Below, piece after piece: positions 12,437 to 24,531 of a stretch of 64,000 bases of DNA (the stretch's first letter is position 1; each line of letters starts with the position of its first letter). This DNA comes from Curvularia clavata (lineage: Eukaryota). Under the pieces are notes generated by a model that was given only the letters and a program-made list of their open reading frames with translations, made no database searches and was not told the DNA's origin. The stretch is taken from contig CP089276.1 of assembly GCA_023920165.1 (NCBI GenBank), positions 1,240,001 to 1,304,000 of the forward strand, read 5' to 3'. Made by a program: the position numbers and the translations under genes.

Positions 12437-14903
12437 TCAAGCCGCACTAACCGTCTTGGTGATGCGGACTAATAGTGCTCCTTTCGACACTACGCCGTTT
12501 GCATCGTAAAGGTGAAGTACCCGGTAGCCAGTCTGCAGGCGGTCAAGGCGGAAACAAGCCCAGGCCGCTAGGTCGTCGCTGAGGCGCTCGTCATCCATGA
12601 CTTTGAACCTACAGGGACAGAATGTCAGCAGATATCGCTGGGATGATTAGGCAGTAGATAGAAGTCAGACGATAAAGTCATCAATGGTGCCACAGTGACG
12701 AGATGACTAGAAAGTGTCGGTCGGAGCAATGCTCGAAGCAAGCCAAGACGACGTGATCATAAAACAGGAAGTTGGTGAGGCAAAGGCACTCGCTGCGGAA
12801 TCACGGCTATCTGCCAGCTTGGCAAACCGAATCCCAGCAGTGTGCCACGACCTTTGTCTCCACGTATCCACTTTGACATCCGTGAAACCGATAAGCCGTG
12901 CGTATACAGCAAGGAAATGCAGCGGCTACCGGATCGGACATGGAAACAGTTTTGTGATACGTTAAACCTCGTGCACAAAGGTGACAGCTGTAGCACAGAG
13001 CGGCCTGCATGCGATGGACACGTCCCGAAAAAAGAAAGAAAGAAAAGCTAACTCACCTGACAAAAGTCAGTTCGTCTGTCACGCCTTGCACATCGACAAA
13101 TTTTATGACCTCACGGCCAAAGTCGGGATTCGGAGTCCTAGCAGTCTTGGTTTTTGCTTTGTATTCGCCTTTTTGGCTCCTTCCGTTGCCCGCCACAGGC
13201 TCGGCATTGCGCTCTTCGTATGACTCGACGTGTAACTCGACCTTAACATAAGGCTTAAAGTCTTTGGGATCGTCCTCTTCCGGAGGCAAGGGAATATTCT
13301 GTCCGGCGATGAATTCGATGCTCAGGTCCATGACTTGACGAGTAATGGCTGTCTTCTGCGATGTTGCATCACTTGTGCTGCGGTAGCCCTCTGGTTTGAG
13401 AACCCAGCCGGGTGTGCCTGCAAACATTGCTTCATTTTGCATCATTCCGCCATCCCAGCGTTGCCAATTGAGAGCTACAATCTGGACTCCCATGCGCCAA
13501 AACACGGAAGGGTTGAGGTTGGAAGAGGTCAATCGAGTCCCCTTTGGATACGCGCGCATAAGGTAGTTTTTGTTGTGGGTAAAGAGTCCGACAGGATCAC
13601 TTTCATGAAGATCCATCAATGTCCCTTCGGAGAGCGCGAAGATGTGCGTAGGTATCTTGGCCTCTGGCGTATCTAGCCCCTTGTATGAATGACCTCCAAG
13701 GTAGACACCGAGTCGCGACAGGGACTCTACAATCTTGGGCTTCGGCGCTGGAGGTTTTGCATCGCCATCCGGTCCCAGTTCCTCTTCCGAGCCTACACTA
13801 TCAGCGCTGGTGGTATGTTCTAGGGGAGGCGTGGGTCCGTCAGCCTGTGGATTAGTGGGGGATGGCTTTATATGGCCACGTTTGACCTTCACGAGGATTT
13901 TGTTCTCCAGAGCTTTCAGTGGAGGCAGGGGGATCGTGTCTAGGCTCTGCATTGGGTCATCTGGCGCCTCAAGCAACATGTCCTTCCAGTACTCTTGCAT
14001 AAGTTCGACCATGATCTCTTGTTGCTCTGGTCCGGCGTGTACCTCGAGACTGACAATCAAAGGCAGATTCGACGCTGCAAATGCGTATTGTTTGATAGTT
14101 GCGCATACTGCTCGGAAGGTCATCTCTTTAGTCAGAGTGTAACCGTGCAACACTCTAGGCTCTGCCCGAGTGGAATAGGACGCTGAATGCCAGGGCTGAA
14201 TCTTCTGCATGTCTTCTTCGGGCGGTGAGGATTTCTCGTCCTCTTTCTCATCATCTGATTTGTCCTTCTTCCCAAACTTCAGACCTAAGCGTTTCCTGAT
14301 ACTGAGACCAGTCTTTGATTTCTTCTTTTCCTTCCTGAGCTCGTCGGCGCCAGGATTGCCCATGGCAGCTTCTTCATCTGAGCTCGAATCGGAAAGCTCA
14401 TCGCCGTCCCACACGTCTACTTCAACGCAGCGACAACCTCGCATCAAGACGTTCTTGTAAGCATCGACGCTTGAGTCACTGGATAACTGGTTTCCGGTGA
14501 GATATGTGTTGTGGCTGGAGGAGATGAAGTAATTTGAGATTGGATACGACTCGTCAAGAGGCTGCGCAGGCTTCATTACATTGGCTAGTCCTGACGCAAA
14601 GTAGTTGGCAAAGGACGGGAAAGAGCCATCACCTAAGAGCTCTAGGTGACTCTGCACTAGTTGTTCCGGACCTTGATCCGAGACATTCTGCTCCTTGAGC
14701 CAGCTCAGTTGGCCTTCTTTGGTCTGTAGATCATGGCGGCTTATGATGTCGTTGTATACGGTTCGAAGGTAGCTTTGGAGATTTGACAGATCGTCAAGGG
14801 TGCGAGCCTTGGGTGAGGCAGAAGCTGTGCCTCCTCCAGCCTGGAGCTGGGGATTGTCAAGCTTGGGGGTACCCAGCTTGCCGTCCTTGGAGGGGTCTGG
14901 CAT
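12437..14903 (-). CDS. Phosphoinositide-specific phospholipase C
   Basis: X-box YFISSSHNTYLTGNQL and GCRCVEVDVWDG; Y-box RAYPKGTRLTSSNLNP...VALNWQ; C2 domain completed by a final exon 12437-12608 (FKVMDDE...LAAWACFRLDRLQTGYR). Start taken at MPDPSKDG. Confidence 0.92.
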
Positions 14904-15621
14904 CGTGTCGTGTGAGGGGTATTGGGGGTGCGACGATAGCAGCAGAGGAGAAGGAAGATGGTAAGGACAGCCAATTGGCGCAAGGCAGAGAGTGAAAGTG
15001 TGAGGCGATAGCGGCGTGGGGTTGTTTAATAGCTGGTGGATGCTTGGGAGATTGCTGACTGCAGGTAGCCCAGCTGTATTGCACCGGGTCAGCGCTTCCC
15101 TCTCAAGTTTGGTCGCATGTGTTGCCTGAATCATGAATAACATACCTGAGGAGAGGTTGGTGGTTGTCTGTTGCGGTTGCAGGGGCCAATATGAAAGACC
15201 GAGGATGTCGAGAGTAGCAGCAGTGTACTATGGTAAGAAAGAGGGCACGGCTGGCAATGTACTCGAGGCAGGCGTGGATGCAATGGCCTCATATCCTCAG
15301 CTCGAGCCTGCCTTGGCTGCCGCATCGGCGTTTGATGACCCAACCGGTGGGGCGCAGAACAAGGGCTTGCACGTGTGGATAAATGCCACGCGGCATTGAA
15401 TAGTTGCTGCATTAAACCATTTTACCTGTGAGGGAGGAGGAGTGCCCTGTTTGCCTTGGGTGCATTGCTAGCTGCCGTCCAACGGGCGGTTCGCCAAGCG
15501 TCATCGACGTCACCCGAGACGAATGTCAGGGTCCAACGGCTCCGAAACACTACATCTCATTCGTCCCACCTATGCCCAGCTCAGTTCATTTTTGACACAA
15601 CAAATATATAGCACAATCACC

Positions 15622-15956
15622 ATGGCAAAGTCTCGGAAAGAAGCAGAGAGCGAGGTTCGTTCTTGGGGGTTCAGCCATGTCTTCACATGGACGGATGGCC
15701 CGTAAGTTTACATTACTATGTTTTGTCCACAAGCCCCGATTCATCACTGCCTAGAAATGCGCACTATGCGCCACACAAGCACAGCGGCAAGACGACACAT
15801 CTTGTCCTCGATGGCTCCCTCACATACACCTATCCCGACGAACCAGAAGCCAAGCGGGAAACTGTTGGTCCCGGCGCGAGATGGGATGTCGATGCACACA
15901 GAGTGCATGAAGTCTGGGTAGGATCCCGAGGGTGTACCTATGTTATTGGGGAATAG
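15622..15956 (+). CDS. Small RmlC-like cupin protein
   Basis: Two exons: MAKSRKEAE...FTWTDGP / NAHYAPHKHSGKTTHLVLDG...WDVDAHRVHEVWVG..GCTYVIGE. Cupin His motifs present. Confidence 0.8.
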
Positions 15957-15984
15957 CATCGACCAGTTCGCTCCATCAGTATCG

Positions 15985-17457
15985 TCACCCTAGGAATCCA
16001 TTTTGTCCCAAATACTTGATTGCGTCAAGTGCTAGCTGGTCCGCCTTGACAAGCTCTTGCTCCACCATGCGCTCGTATAGCCCTGGGTGTTTGATGTTCT
16101 CCTCCCTTGGAGGGTGTTGGTATTTGCATTTGCTCAAATAAGGGCATCTCCCGTTTCGTCTCCAGTTCGAGCACACCTTATTAGTCTTAGTTTCTGCCCG
16201 CGAAACTGCTGCCGGAGCAGGCGGGACCTTTATTGGCGGTGGAGCAATCTTCGACGATGTGGTTTCTGGTGCCTCATTGTCCTCATCCGCATCAAACCCC
16301 GACTCAGATTCTGATGCCTCCGAGCTTGATACAACAGACGACTCTGAGAGAACGGAGCTCTCCTCATCCGACTCACTCTCGCTGTCGTATCCGACACCAA
16401 GGTCTACTGGAGCTGATTGCTTCTTCACCATGCTCTCGTGTAACTTCTTTCGCAACGTAGCGAGCTCCTCTTGTCTCTTCTTTTCAGCTTCTTGTTTCAT
16501 ACCATCGTGTTCAGTCTCATCATCACCCCTGCTCGGCTGAGTTTGAGTACTGTTGGCTGGGTCTGCCTCTTTTTGTGGTTTTCCTTTTATCCTGCGCAAA
16601 AAATCAAGCTCGGCCATACGCTTCCGCGCCGCTTCCTCTTGTTTCTCCACGATTCTCTTCTGAGTGGGGAAGTTCTTTCTGCGATCCTTGATCCACGCCG
16701 CGACTTCAGCTCCCGTTTGTATGCTGATGGTTTCTCCATCGTGCTCAAAAGCGAACCCGCCGCCTTTCAGCTTCTCGGAAAATGCTGCCTCTTCGTCAAT
16801 GTCCTCTTCATCGCTGCCCTCATCCTGGGCAACTTGTTCTGAGAGCCCCAAGGCGAATTTGCGCTTCTTGTTGTCGGTTTTTGTGACTGGTTGTAGTGGC
16901 GGTAACGAAAAGCCAAAGCTGGGCACTGGCGGGGGTACGGCCGCCTTGGCTCGAGGTGGCTTTGAGCTTTGTTGTGGCCCATTCTTCCGCGGTTGTGAGT
17001 CGCCGCTCCGATCCGTCAACTTTCGTTTTTGACCTGCATGCTTTGATGAAGAAAACTGAGGACCTGTTTGACCATGTATCGACGGTGCTGGTTGTAGGTA
17101 CGGTTCAGAGGTATTTGAGCTGTTATCCTCGTGTGTTGTTGTATTATTGAAGGAAAATGAATCAGTATAGCCGGTGTTGGAATCAGCCGTGTGGTTTCTG
17201 CCTCCTCTGTTATTTTGATACCCTCCTCTTTGGCCTCTGCCACGCGCATCTCCTCGCCCGCGATTCTGCCCATGGCCGCCCCTGGTATTACCTGCGGCGC
17301 TGTAACTGCCACCACCTCTGTTTTGATTACCCCCTCTTCCACGGCCTCTTTCGCTTCCCCCGCGGTTGTGGCCTCCTCGTTGGCTTGCGTATGTCTGCTC
17401 GTTCGACGTAGCCTTAGGCGGCGGTGGTGGTGGAGGAGGTGGAAATTTAAATGTCAT
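15985..17457 (-). CDS. NUFIP1/Rsa1-like box C/D snoRNP assembly factor with CCCH zinc finger
   Basis: RGG-rich N-terminus, NUFIP1 motif EVAAWIKDRRKNFPT and C-terminal C-x8-C-x5-C-x3-H finger. Confidence 0.75.
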   Translation of the reverse strand: MTFKFPPPPPPPPPKATSNEQTYASQRGGHNRGGSERGRGRGGNQNRGGGSYSAAGNTRGGHGQNRGRGDARGRGQRGGYQNNRGGRNHTADSNTGYTDSFSFNNTTTHEDNSSNTSEPYLQPAPSIHGQTGPQFSSSKHAGQKRKLTDRSGDSQPRKNGPQQSSKPPRAKAAVPPPVPSFGFSLPPLQPVTKTDNKKRKFALGLSEQVAQDEGSDEEDIDEEAAFSEKLKGGGFAFEHDGETISIQTGAEVAAWIKDRRKNFPTQKRIVEKQEEAARKRMAELDFLRRIKGKPQKEADPANSTQTQPSRGDDETEHDGMKQEAEKKRQEELATLRKKLHESMVKKQSAPVDLGVGYDSESESDEESSVLSESSVVSSSEASESESGFDADEDNEAPETTSSKIAPPPIKVPPAPAAVSRAETKTNKVCSNWRRNGRCPYLSKCKYQHPPREENIKHPGLYERMVEQELVKADQLALDAIKYLGQNGFLG

Positions 17458-17760
17458 CGTGCTAAGGACAATGTTTATTATAAGAAGTAAAGTTCAACAC
17501 ATGGCGCTGGTTAGGGTATCTATGGGAAACGGAGCGCAATAGGGTTTGCGAAGAAAAAGTGTGAAGTTGGTCGCAGCAGGAGATGCGACGCGCCTCGGTG
17601 ATCTAACAGCACGCCAAAAAGTTCTTATCGATACTGCTAGTTCCACGCTAACCATCACCCAAGGCGCAACTCTCATCTCTGACTCTCTTTACCATATCAC
17701 AATGCATAGGTGACGAGCGCTCATTAAACCTAAATCCATGAAGCCTCCAAAGCCGCGACC

Positions 17761-18667
17761 ATGTTCATTCTCGTAAGTTGTGCTCGCATCCCACAACCCA
17801 CCAAAATCTACGACACGTCTCTCATAGACCACCGAAATTTTCAGAGCATCACAATCTTTACAGTCACGCCGTGTGCTCTGGGCAGCAAATCTAGTTTTTC
17901 GATTGATTTATCGTAGAGTAGATACTGATCGATTCTTAGACCACGATTCAAGACCTGATTCAAATCAAGCCGCAGGATTTTGAAAAGCCTAGCGCGCAAG
18001 CCATTAAGGATGTTATCAACGACAAATACAGTAACAGGATCATTCCCAACATTGGCCTTTGCCTCTGTATGTGGGATCTACTGTCAGCTTCCGAGGGTCT
18101 GATTGGCCATGGTACAGGTCTCGTCAACGTTAATGGTGCGCTATTACACTACTACCACCTGGCTTGCGCTTACCTGACTTGCAGTCGAGTTCCGAATGAC
18201 CGTCTTCCGACCATTTCGTGGTGAGATCATTTATGGGCGCATCAAGACTTCCAACGAAGAGGGCATCATCATTGATCTCGAATTCACCTCCGAGGTCTTC
18301 ATTCCCTATCAAAATCTTCCAGAGAACTCGTCATTCTCTCAAGCAGAAAACGTGTGGGTCTGGAACTCTGAAGGCACTGAGCTCTTTTTCGATAAGGGAG
18401 AGCCAGTCTTGTTCAGAGTAGAGCATGAAGAATGGTTTGATCAGCGACCGACTATTGTGGAAAAAGATGAGAAGGGTGAAATTATTGAAGAGCGACCCAC
18501 AGCCTGGAGAGTGATTGTAAGTACTAGGACTCGCAGGTCGGGGACATCACTAACCAGGAGCCTAGGGTTCAATGGCCCAGCCAGGTCTTGGCCCGACATT
18601 GTGGTGGGCTGAGGGTGGAGAAGAAGACGAGGAAGGAGACGTTGAGATGGATGGCGCTGAAGAATGA
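17761..18667 (+). CDS. RPC25: RNA polymerase III subunit RPC25 (RPC8)
   Basis: Four exons: MFIL / TTIQDLIQI...KYSNRIIPNIGLC...GLIGHGTG / EFRMTVFRPFRGEII.G.I / GSMAQPGLGPTLWW followed by an acidic tail. Confidence 0.92.
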
Positions 18668-19280
18668 TGACACTATTTGATGACCATGCATAGTAAAGCC
18701 ATGATTATGCATTTGCGCCTTTGGCAAATCGAAGTCCTGGGTCGGCAAAAAGTGGAGTTGAGGATTGCTACGAAACTCAAGGCGCGCAGGGTAATAGCCT
18801 CGCTGGATTAAGAGCGTCACGCTGCTATCCTAGGAAGTGCTCGTTGTATGAAATGAGCATAGATGCATGTATTCCTATATATTCTATAGACAACTTTTCT
18901 AAACCTCCAAAAGCTTTTTTCAAGACTTTGCAATATTGTTCTTATTATCGCGCTTGGGGGTTCTAGGTGCGAGTTTTTTGGCTGAGACATGCCCCAAGCT
19001 TCTGGAATAGGAAACCACCGCCCGAACCTCGGTATCTTTCTCCGCATCCCCAGCAACGTCGGTCTGGGGTGATCTGTGCAGATGCCACCTTCAAACATAA
19101 CGGCAGCATTTCTGCTTTCAACCGACTCGTCTTCCCCTTGTTCTATTAATTTTCTTCCTTAACAATCTTCTCTTTTCGCAAACACAGGCTGGTGTCTTTG
19201 GCCTTGGAACTAAACAGCCGGATACACATCACATCACTTTGTCCTTCGTCCGTTGATATCTTCTCTGAGAAAACGTCAGA

Positions 19281-20432
19281 ATGCCGTCCTACACGTCAAT
19301 CCACCTTGCCGAGAGGCCGAAAGATGGTATCGTAGCCGGAAAGACCTTCACACCAAAACAGCACGAGGTTCCATCTGCATCATCGCTCAAAGATGGCCAG
19401 GTCATCTTCCAGACCCTCTATCTATCAGTCGATCCCGCCATGCGCGGCTGGCTCAACCCAACCAGGTCTTACCTTCCACCTGTTGAGATTGGCGCTGTGA
19501 TGCGCGGCCAGGGTATTGGTCTTATCGTCGCAAGCAAGAGCAAGAAGTATCCTGTGGGAACATATGCAAAGGCAATGTGCGGATGGGCCGAGTATGCCAT
19601 TCTCAACGACAACAAGGACATCGAGCCGCTTGACCTTCCGCAAGGCGCTGTGCTCACAGACGAGCTTGGCGTTTTGGGAATTACGGGTCTCACTGCCTAC
19701 TTTGGTCTTCTTGAGATTGGGCAGATCAAGAAGGGAGACTTTGTCGTTGTCAGTGGCGCAGCTGGCGCTACAGGAAGCGTTGTCGGGCAAATTGCGAAGC
19801 TCAAGGGTGCAAGGGTGCTAGGTCTTGCTGGCGAAGATAGCAAGGTGGCGTGGCTCAAGGAAGAACTTGGCTTCGATGATGCATTGAACTACAAGGATCC
19901 CGAGTTTGCGAAAAAGTTCAGGGCCGCTACGAAAGGATTGATCGATGTCTACTTTGACAACGTCGGTGGAGAGATTCTCGACATGGCGCTGGGCCGAGCG
20001 AAGCCTTTTGCTAGGTTCGTCATGTGCGGTGCGATCTCAGACTACAACAAGAAGCAGGTGCAGGGACTCAAGGTAAGTTGAGACGACGTAAGGGCCGTTC
20101 TGGAGCTGACATATGCAAGAACTACATGATGGTCATCTCCATGCGCATCCGCATGCAAGGCTTCGTCGTCTTCGACTTCTTCGAGAAGTACCCCGAGGCT
20201 AGGAAAGAGCTCGCGCAGTGGCTGTCTGAGGGCAAGCTCAAGCGGAAAGAGACTATTTTCACAGGTGGCATCAACAAGGCCGAAGAAGCGTTGGTTGCAC
20301 TGTTCGCAGGCAAGAATACTGGTAAGTTTTGTGTAGATATGGTCACGTGCGCTCAGACCCGAATGCTAATGATTTGCAGGTAAAATCCTGGTACAAGTAG
20401 CAGATCCCGAGGCAGTCAAGGCTAAACTGTAG
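19281..20432 (+). CDS. NADP-dependent oxidoreductase (MDR superfamily; PTGR/2-alkenal reductase-like), peroxisomal PTS1
   Basis: Motifs LSVDPAMRGW, VSGAAGATGS and YFDNVGG. Three exons; ends ...EAVKAKL*. Confidence 0.9.
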
Positions 20433-20676
20433 CCAATGTGTTTGATTAGTTTCTGTTAGCAAAGCATTTATACGATGATAGGGTCTAAAGTAATAGACAT
20501 GTGATAGAATTGTCGAGTGCCGACTCCAAATGCTGCGCAATCGATAAGTTTTGTGACTAGTGCTAATTAGCCCCTCGGCGATGGCCCTTGCACGCAACTT
20601 TTAGATGGCCGCCGCCGCCAATAGTGAAATCCCCACGCACTTACTCTGAACAAACCTCGCCAGGTCAAGGCATGTT

Positions 20677-22026
20677 ATGCTACGAACCCTCTTCCGAACA
20701 ATAACACGAGCCATGGCCTCCTCCGAGCCCGCACGCGTGCCCATCCCCAAGAATGGCGTCGACTATCGCGGCAAAGTGGTCCTCGCGCCAATGGTGCGCT
20801 CCGGTGAACTCCCCTCTCGACTGCTGGCGCTGAAGTACGGCGCAGACCTGGTATGGGGCCCAGAGACTATCGATCGCGCCATAATTGGAACCACAAGGCG
20901 CTTCAACCCACACACCTCGACGCTGGAATTCACCCGCCTGCCGACCTCCAAGATCAAGAACCCGACCCTCGACCCCGATCTACGCGAGAGCGTCATATAC
21001 CGCATACATCCAGAGCTCGAGAAGGGGAAGCTCATCTACCAGATCGGTACAGCCAACCCTGAGCTGGCAGTCCAGGCAGCCAAGATTGTAGCAGCCGATG
21101 TCGCAGGCATCGATGTCAACTCTGGCTGCCCTAAGCCCTTCTCTACCTCTGGTGGCATGGGCGCAGCGCTTCTGAGAACACCAGATCTTCTCTGCGACAT
21201 CCTGACAAGGCTTGTAGAAGAGGTGGGAAAGCCATTTGAGATTGGCATCAGTGTCAAGATCCGCATCCTGGATCGACCAGAAGACACTGCAGCCCTAGTG
21301 AAGCGACTCGTCCGCACCGGTATCACTGGTCTCACTGTACACTGCCGCACCACACCCATGCGACCCCGAGAGCGAGCCATCAGAGACCAACTCAAGATGA
21401 TTGGAGAGATATGCAGAGAAGCAGGAGTCGCATGCGTTATGAACGGAGATGTGACCTCTCGCACTGAAGCTTTCAAGCTCATGGAGGAATTCAACGTTGA
21501 TGGCGCTATGATCGCCACCGAAGCCGAAAAGAACCCCAGCTGTTTCCGTCCCGAAGCCGAGGGCGGTCCCCACGAGTGGCGCTCACAGTGGAAAACCGTC
21601 GTCACAGAATACATGCGCTTTGCACTGCAAGTCGAGAACAGATGGGGCAACACCAAATATCTCCTCGGCCAGATGATTCCGGGCAAGGAGAAGGCATATG
21701 CAGCCATGAACAAGTCAAAGTGCTACACCGATGTTATTAAAGCGCTTGGTTTGGACAAGGTAGATGATTTGCTTCAACAAGCACAAACTGTAGACGAGCA
21801 TCTCGGCATACCCATAAATGAGTCAAGAGCATCGAAACGCGCCAGAGTGAAGGAGGCGAACAAGCCCGAAGAAGGTGTCAAAGAACAAGGAGAGAAGAGG
21901 AAAGAAAGGGATGCAGAGGAGCCAGAGGCAAAGCGAGTCAAGGTACCTGAACCGAATGCTGAACCGGAAGCTCCTGCTCCTATTCAGCCTCAGGAAGTTC
22001 TGGCACCGGCTGCATTGAGCGTGTAA
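20677..22026 (+). CDS. DUS2: tRNA-dihydrouridine synthase 2
   Basis: Motifs VLAPMVRSGELP.RLLALKYGADLVWGPE, IDVNSGCPK, LTVHCRT and NGD. Confidence 0.9.
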   Translation: MLRTLFRTITRAMASSEPARVPIPKNGVDYRGKVVLAPMVRSGELPSRLLALKYGADLVWGPETIDRAIIGTTRRFNPHTSTLEFTRLPTSKIKNPTLDPDLRESVIYRIHPELEKGKLIYQIGTANPELAVQAAKIVAADVAGIDVNSGCPKPFSTSGGMGAALLRTPDLLCDILTRLVEEVGKPFEIGISVKIRILDRPEDTAALVKRLVRTGITGLTVHCRTTPMRPRERAIRDQLKMIGEICREAGVACVMNGDVTSRTEAFKLMEEFNVDGAMIATEAEKNPSCFRPEAEGGPHEWRSQWKTVVTEYMRFALQVENRWGNTKYLLGQMIPGKEKAYAAMNKSKCYTDVIKALGLDKVDDLLQQAQTVDEHLGIPINESRASKRARVKEANKPEEGVKEQGEKRKERDAEEPEAKRVKVPEPNAEPEAPAPIQPQEVLAPAALSV

Positions 22027-22713
22027 AGACTATTTTCTCTATTTTCTCTTCTTTTCTATGATGTCCAGCAAAAGGTGGAGGCGTGTATATGGAGGCATTG
22101 ATAGGCGTATTGTACTGTAGTATAAACGGGTGAATGAAATCCATACCCTCAACCCACTGATTGGCTTTGTGTTGGATGTCGAATATAGCCTTTTTTTTTC
22201 AAGAAAAAAAGCTCTTACTTCTAATTCCTTATTTGCTGTTGGCTGTTGGGACGGACAAGGACGGGTTCTGGAAGGTAAGGCTATGTAGGTTTTCTCTTTT
22301 TCAAAGATGTGTTGTGTTTTGTTCGTAACTTTGCGCATTATGTGACGAGGAAGGACGAATGGAACAGGGAGAAAACCCAAGCGGGGAAGACTTTCTGTTC
22401 GCCACGCATGAAACAATGTTTCGGTGGATCTATTGAATTGGCCTCAAGGCTTATGCCGTAATATTCATACTCTTTGTAGGGCGGATATGTCTTTAAAGAC
22501 TGCATTGAGAAACAAGGCTGTCGAAATGGAGATGAGCGTACGTTCAGATTCCCTAAACGTCAAACTGTCCTTAGTACTCATGCTGAACTACTCATCCCTC
22601 GGCATGTGTAACTCGCAGACTTGGGAAAAGTCAAAATAGTTGAGTTCATCAAGTCAATTGAACGTTGCATTGATTGAATGGATACACTAGCTGTCTATAG
22701 GACCGCTAACTCA

Positions 22714-24531
22714 TCAATGAGGTACAGACTCTCGAATGCTCGCTTGACACCTTTTCGGTAGTTGAGTGATGCATAGTCGATATCCGGCTTGGATCTGGTA
22801 AGGCCTCCTAAACATCCTCGGGGTTTCCAGACTGCCAGTCAAAAATGCAAGAATATCTTCTCTAATCACGCGATGCCACTCGTGTTCTGGAATCGAGATG
22901 CGGCGGAGTACAACCTTGAGACTATGGCCATCTTCGCCGAGAGGAATTATGATGCTCATGTAGCGTCGCGATTGGCAAGTGTGTTTTACTTCCCATTGAC
23001 CCAAGCAGCGCTGATCCCGATAAAAACCGACGCCGTGAAGTCCGATCTCGCTCATAGAGTACCACAGTCTTACAGCTCCAATCATGTTTTGGTCAACCAA
23101 GTTTTGCAAAGACACGGTAAGATAGAAACGGTCGTTTAGTTGTTCAGGTAACGGAAAGCTTGCTTTTACAGTAGTCTGGACCAAATTCGGATGTTGATTA
23201 TCACAGCGCCAGTCAAACGGCTTGAAGGATCTACTCAAGAATTCGAAATGAGCGATCTTCACTGCTGATGCTACTGAAGAGAGCGCAGAGCCAATATAAT
23301 GAATGGGGGCGACTTCTCTAAATTCATTGTAGACAGTATATGCTCCTTGTCTGTTTCCGTCAATCTTCAGAGTATTCATGTTCAGCAAAACAGGTATAGT
23401 GAGCATTCGAATATAGCCACTAGCGGATACTTGTCCAAGGACGATTCCGAAGACATATTTGTCAATACGACGAAGACTCAACGGCAAAATTGCGGCAAAT
23501 TTGCCAAGCAAAGTGCACCCCTCAATACCAAGATTGCGTTCTTCAGGAGCAATGTGTTCCATCAGAGGCAATTTGATTATAGCGCCCTGCCGCACCAATC
23601 GGATATAATGGGCATCGGTAGAGAATTGCCCCGGCACCGCATTTCGAACGACGTCGGAATAGGGTATGTCTGAGTGAAGACATTCTTCATGTGATCGACA
23701 CACCGAACAGTGAGGCCTTCGGCAAAATCTCGTGATCTGACTCGCTAACATTGATACATTGCTCGCACTCGGGGCCCTAGCGAATAGAAATAAACTATAG
23801 TCGGCGGTTTCCTCGAATATTGCTTGTTGCAATCTATGAAAGGCTTTCTCTTCTCCTTCACCATATAGGAGCGGCATGTTGACATTGAAAAGGCCAAAGA
23901 GGCAGTATGCGCTATCTTCAACCTTGGAGACTCGTCGGTGTGCAGCCCAGGAAAACTTTTGTGCCGCGCAAAAGCTGTCTTCCGTAGTTCCCCAGTCAAA
24001 CTCAAGAGCGTCTGTTTCGATGCTTGTAATAGAGGCGATGAGCCCCGTTCGGCATAGCTTAGTGCCTATAGGGCTCCAGTCCGCCGAATAAAACTCAACA
24101 TTGGATGGAGCTAGGAGCTCCTGTAGCGTCCAACCTCTTGCAAACCATTGACTCTTTTCGAAATCTTCACTCCAACCAGAAGACTCGTCAGCAACATCGC
24201 TAAGATAGGCGTAGCAAACTTGTGCCTGTCGATACCATCGGAACATCGAGTTGATAGATTCCTGTAGCTCTGCCGAACTAGATTTGTCGATGCAGCAGCT
24301 GTCGATCCAGACCCATTCATACCCATCATTCGCCGCCAAGGCACATGTGCCTATGAACTTAGCAAATCCAAACTTTGATCTAGCGGGATTCTCTGGACTG
24401 CTCAAAGGGATCTTTGAAACATCCTCGAAAAGAATCTCCTCATCCTCCCATCGATGGGACAAGATAGCGTATTCCGGGGCGTCGCCAACAAAATAAGTAA
24501 GTTCAAGTGTGTTGGTATTGATTAACCTCAT
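22714..24531 (-). CDS. HET-domain heterokaryon incompatibility protein
   Basis: Motifs MRLINT, YAILSHRW, WVWIDSCCIDKSSSAELQESINSMFRWY, WFARGWTLQELLAP and AYCLFGLFNVNMPLLYGEG. Confidence 0.92.
   Translation of the reverse strand: MRLINTNTLELTYFVGDAPEYAILSHRWEDEEILFEDVSKIPLSSPENPARSKFGFAKFIGTCALAANDGYEWVWIDSCCIDKSSSAELQESINSMFRWYRQAQVCYAYLSDVADESSGWSEDFEKSQWFARGWTLQELLAPSNVEFYSADWSPIGTKLCRTGLIASITSIETDALEFDWGTTEDSFCAAQKFSWAAHRRVSKVEDSAYCLFGLFNVNMPLLYGEGEEKAFHRLQQAIFEETADYSLFLFARAPSASNVSMLASQITRFCRRPHCSVCRSHEECLHSDIPYSDVVRNAVPGQFSTDAHYIRLVRQGAIIKLPLMEHIAPEERNLGIEGCTLLGKFAAILPLSLRRIDKYVFGIVLGQVSASGYIRMLTIPVLLNMNTLKIDGNRQGAYTVYNEFREVAPIHYIGSALSSVASAVKIAHFEFLSRSFKPFDWRCDNQHPNLVQTTVKASFPLPEQLNDRFYLTVSLQNLVDQNMIGAVRLWYSMSEIGLHGVGFYRDQRCLGQWEVKHTCQSRRYMSIIIPLGEDGHSLKVVLRRISIPEHEWHRVIREDILAFLTGSLETPRMFRRPYQIQAGYRLCITQLPKRCQASIRESVPH

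Noticed and set aside
14904..15143. N-terminal extensions in the ORF track (PLC; also 8191-8376 and 51722-51955)
   Set aside because: They begin at non-ATG codons or have UTR-like composition; the downstream ATGs fit better.
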